Source: Phallusia mammillata (lineage: Eukaryota). Taken from it: a stretch of DNA of 64,000 nucleotides. The position numbers and the translations under genes are program-made. Shown here in pieces: positions 61,915 to 64,000 of the stretch. Location of the stretch: NCBI GenBank assembly GCA_965637545.1, contig OZ281494.1, positions 15,934,001 to 15,998,000 of the forward strand. Reading direction: 5' to 3'. The notes beneath the pieces are model-generated. The model was not told where the DNA came from, did not search any database, and saw only the letters and a list, made by a program, of their open reading frames with translations. Every line of letters starts with the position of its first letter. Positions within the stretch are counted from its first letter, which is position 1.

Positions 61915-63540
61915 ATGGCCTGTGTATCAACAAAGGCGTCTTTTGTATTGCTGTGTTCAATCATTCTTATTGTCACGTATGGCACTTTACTGCCGGCTGT
62001 TTTTAGCACCCAGATTGTGTATTGGGTAAGTTTTGTCGCCAAGGACTTTTTTACATCTTTGTGGTTAATTTGGACCTCATGAAACCATTATCTGTTAACA
62101 GAAAGTTGCCGAGTCGCATAATACTACCCACCGAGTTACTGATAATTGTGGAAATAGCACGTCATCAGCGGTTGATCACCTTGTAGCCAAAGAAGTTTCC
62201 AAGTAATAAAAGCTTTTTTATATTTCAAAAACTTAAACATCGTGACATTAACTCTAGCAATCATCTTCGGTCTTCCACAGATGGACATTGAAGTTCGACA
62301 TGACCATATATATTCCTGGCAGCATCGCAGGAATCATAGTGACTTCATGGGGTGACAGAGTCGGTCGAAAAAATGCCTTGACAGTACCGGTTTTGGCAAT
62401 CGCTCTCAGCAACGCTTGTATGGCGGCGTCCATTTACTTTAAGTGAGTAAAATGCCTGATGCATTGACACATTTATCGCGAGGGATTGAACTTTTTTTGT
62501 TTAGTTGGCCGATAAAGTCACTTTTTCTGTACAATTTTGTGGCTGGATTGGGGGGATACTACACGACTATGCTCATGCAAGGTTACGCTTATGTCAGCGA
62601 CATTACACCAAGCGATTTTAGATGAATCAGGTATATAAAATCTGTAAAGATATATATAAAGAGCACACATAAACTCGATTGTTTAATCTTTTTTTAATCG
62701 CGATATTGCTTATATTGCCCAATTTCAGCCACTTTTTATGTGGCCTTTGTACATTGTGACAACGTCTTACCGTTTAATAGAATGGTGATTCTGGACACAT
62801 GCTTGGGTATAGGCGGTGGTGCAGCTGGGTTAAGTAGCGGTTATTGGATCGACAGTCAAGGTTTCTTTGTTCCTGTTATGGCTTGTACCTTCATGGTTGT
62901 CGCATCACTTTTTCTTATCCCTCTGCTACCCGACTCCCACAAGTTGCAACGCCAACTTTCGAGCAACAAAGAAAATGAGGCAAATGTGAATGAATATCAA
63001 AATCCAACTGTTTCAACGACGTCTGATTATGGATCATGTGACCAAGTTAATAAAACAATCGACGGTGGGTAATGAATTGCAACTGAACATTTTAAAAATA
63101 TGTATTTTATTCAAAATGTTAGTTATTCGAAATTTTTTTGAATTTTCTTGAATAATAAAGTTTCCAATTACATCTTGTGCAGAAAGCCCTCCGACGAAAG
63201 GTTACAACCTTATAGATCTCCTACGCTCAGTGTGGAATGTTTACAGCAGCGAATACAGCCACTGCGACAAATGTCACGTCTCTGATAATGCTTGTAACAG
63301 TCTCACAAAAACTTTGACAGGTATGTTTTTAAAATGTAGAGAAATAAAATCCTAATATCTAATTTTCGAATTTACTAGACAAAAAGTGTCCACATGGTGG
63401 CGGCAAATATGCTGGTCGAGTTTGGAGAATGTGGTGTCAATTTCGCGCAGTTTACTGGTACAGGGTCGGTTGATTTATTGACAATTTTTCTACTTTCACA
63501 ACCGCTCTGCTTCACCCCGGTGTTAATTGGCATTGAATCG
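61915..63540 (+). pseudogene. Tandem SLC46-like paralogue with nonsense codon and frameshift (3' exons not in window)
   Basis: Exons 61915-62025, 62102-62202, 62281-62442, 62505-62630, 62781-63064, 63183-63320, 63379-63540 mirror copy 1. TGA at 62623-62625 where copy 1 has GGA. A 14-bp deletion between 63437 and 63438 removes TACTTGATTTCTTA (58352-58365 in copy 1). Confidence 0.9.
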
Positions 63541-63895
63541 GTAAGTACATAACTGTAGCAAAGTAAATCATTTTTGAAATCTACGTTGACGTTAAAGTTT
63601 GAGTTTTGTCTATAGTTATATATTTCAAATCATTAAATCAACAACTAAATAATTCGTGTTTTTCAGAAGTCATAAAATACATAGAAACGAAATTCTTTTC
63701 CCTGAAGTTTTATATTAAAACCCTAATGCTTTTTTTCGCAGTGGAAATTCACTTTTAAAATAGGGCTCAGTACACCAGCAAGTTATAAACCAAAACGCTT
63801 TATGAATGTCTAAAAATACCTCAAAAAATCTTTGTGACATAATAATTGTATCACTTATATCGCTGAATCTGAAACCCTGTTTTGATGGGCTATTG

Positions 63896-64000
63896 CAGTG
63901 GTTCCCAACCTTTTTTTATCACATTCCTCCCTTTGCCCATTTTCGAACTATTTATTCCTCCCCATAAGACGAAAAACAAATATAACTTAAAAAATTATAG
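63896..64000. mobile_element. Left end of another hAT (Charlie-type) element, cut by window end
   Basis: CAGTGGTTCCCAACCTTTTT preceded by GGCTATTG (nnnTAnnn target). Confidence 0.6.

Noticed and set aside
62623-62625. In-frame TGA as selenocysteine or readthrough in SLC46 copy 2
   Set aside because: It aligns to Gly, not Cys, and a separate 14-bp frameshift downstream shows pseudogenisation.
1-64000. rRNA, tRNA, spliceosomal snRNA or spliced-leader RNA genes
   Set aside because: No recognisable conserved sequences seen by eye; an Infernal/Rfam scan would be needed to exclude them.

Overview
AT-rich, intron-containing animal genomic DNA. The gene set (RNF215, USP44/49, CCDC42/CFAP73, SYNJ2BP) and compact introns suggest an invertebrate chordate such as an ascidian; this is inference only. 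Host genes reconstructed by hand from splice sites and translation: glycogen synthase (-, runs off the window start), an RNI-like LRR protein with poly-Lys tracts (+), FKBP4/5 (-), SYNJ2BP (-), a single-coding-exon SGPL1 (+), WBP11 (-), RNF215-like (+), CCDC42/CFAP73-like (-), an unrecognised 410-aa single-exon ORF (+), and a tandem SLC46-like MFS pair whose second copy is a pseudogene. A 12-kb stack of mobile DNA occupies 19.6-31.4 kb. It starts with a long-TIR CACTG-ended element containing a young Gypsy retrotransposon (identical LTRs, two frameshifts). Only 15 bp later comes a 5.8-kb TIR-bounded element enclosing a decayed, intron-containing 5' fragment of a USP44/49 gene (Pack-TIR-like). 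About ten further non-autonomous hAT elements with readable 8-bp TSDs are scattered through the window. Best leads: (1) the 410-aa ORF, which shows BH3/BH1/BH2-like motifs of a divergent Bcl-2 fold plus five LC8-type TQT motifs and no membrane anchor; (2) the gene-carrying TIR element ending just upstream of the SGPL1 first exon. All family calls come from motif recognition; no database search was run.
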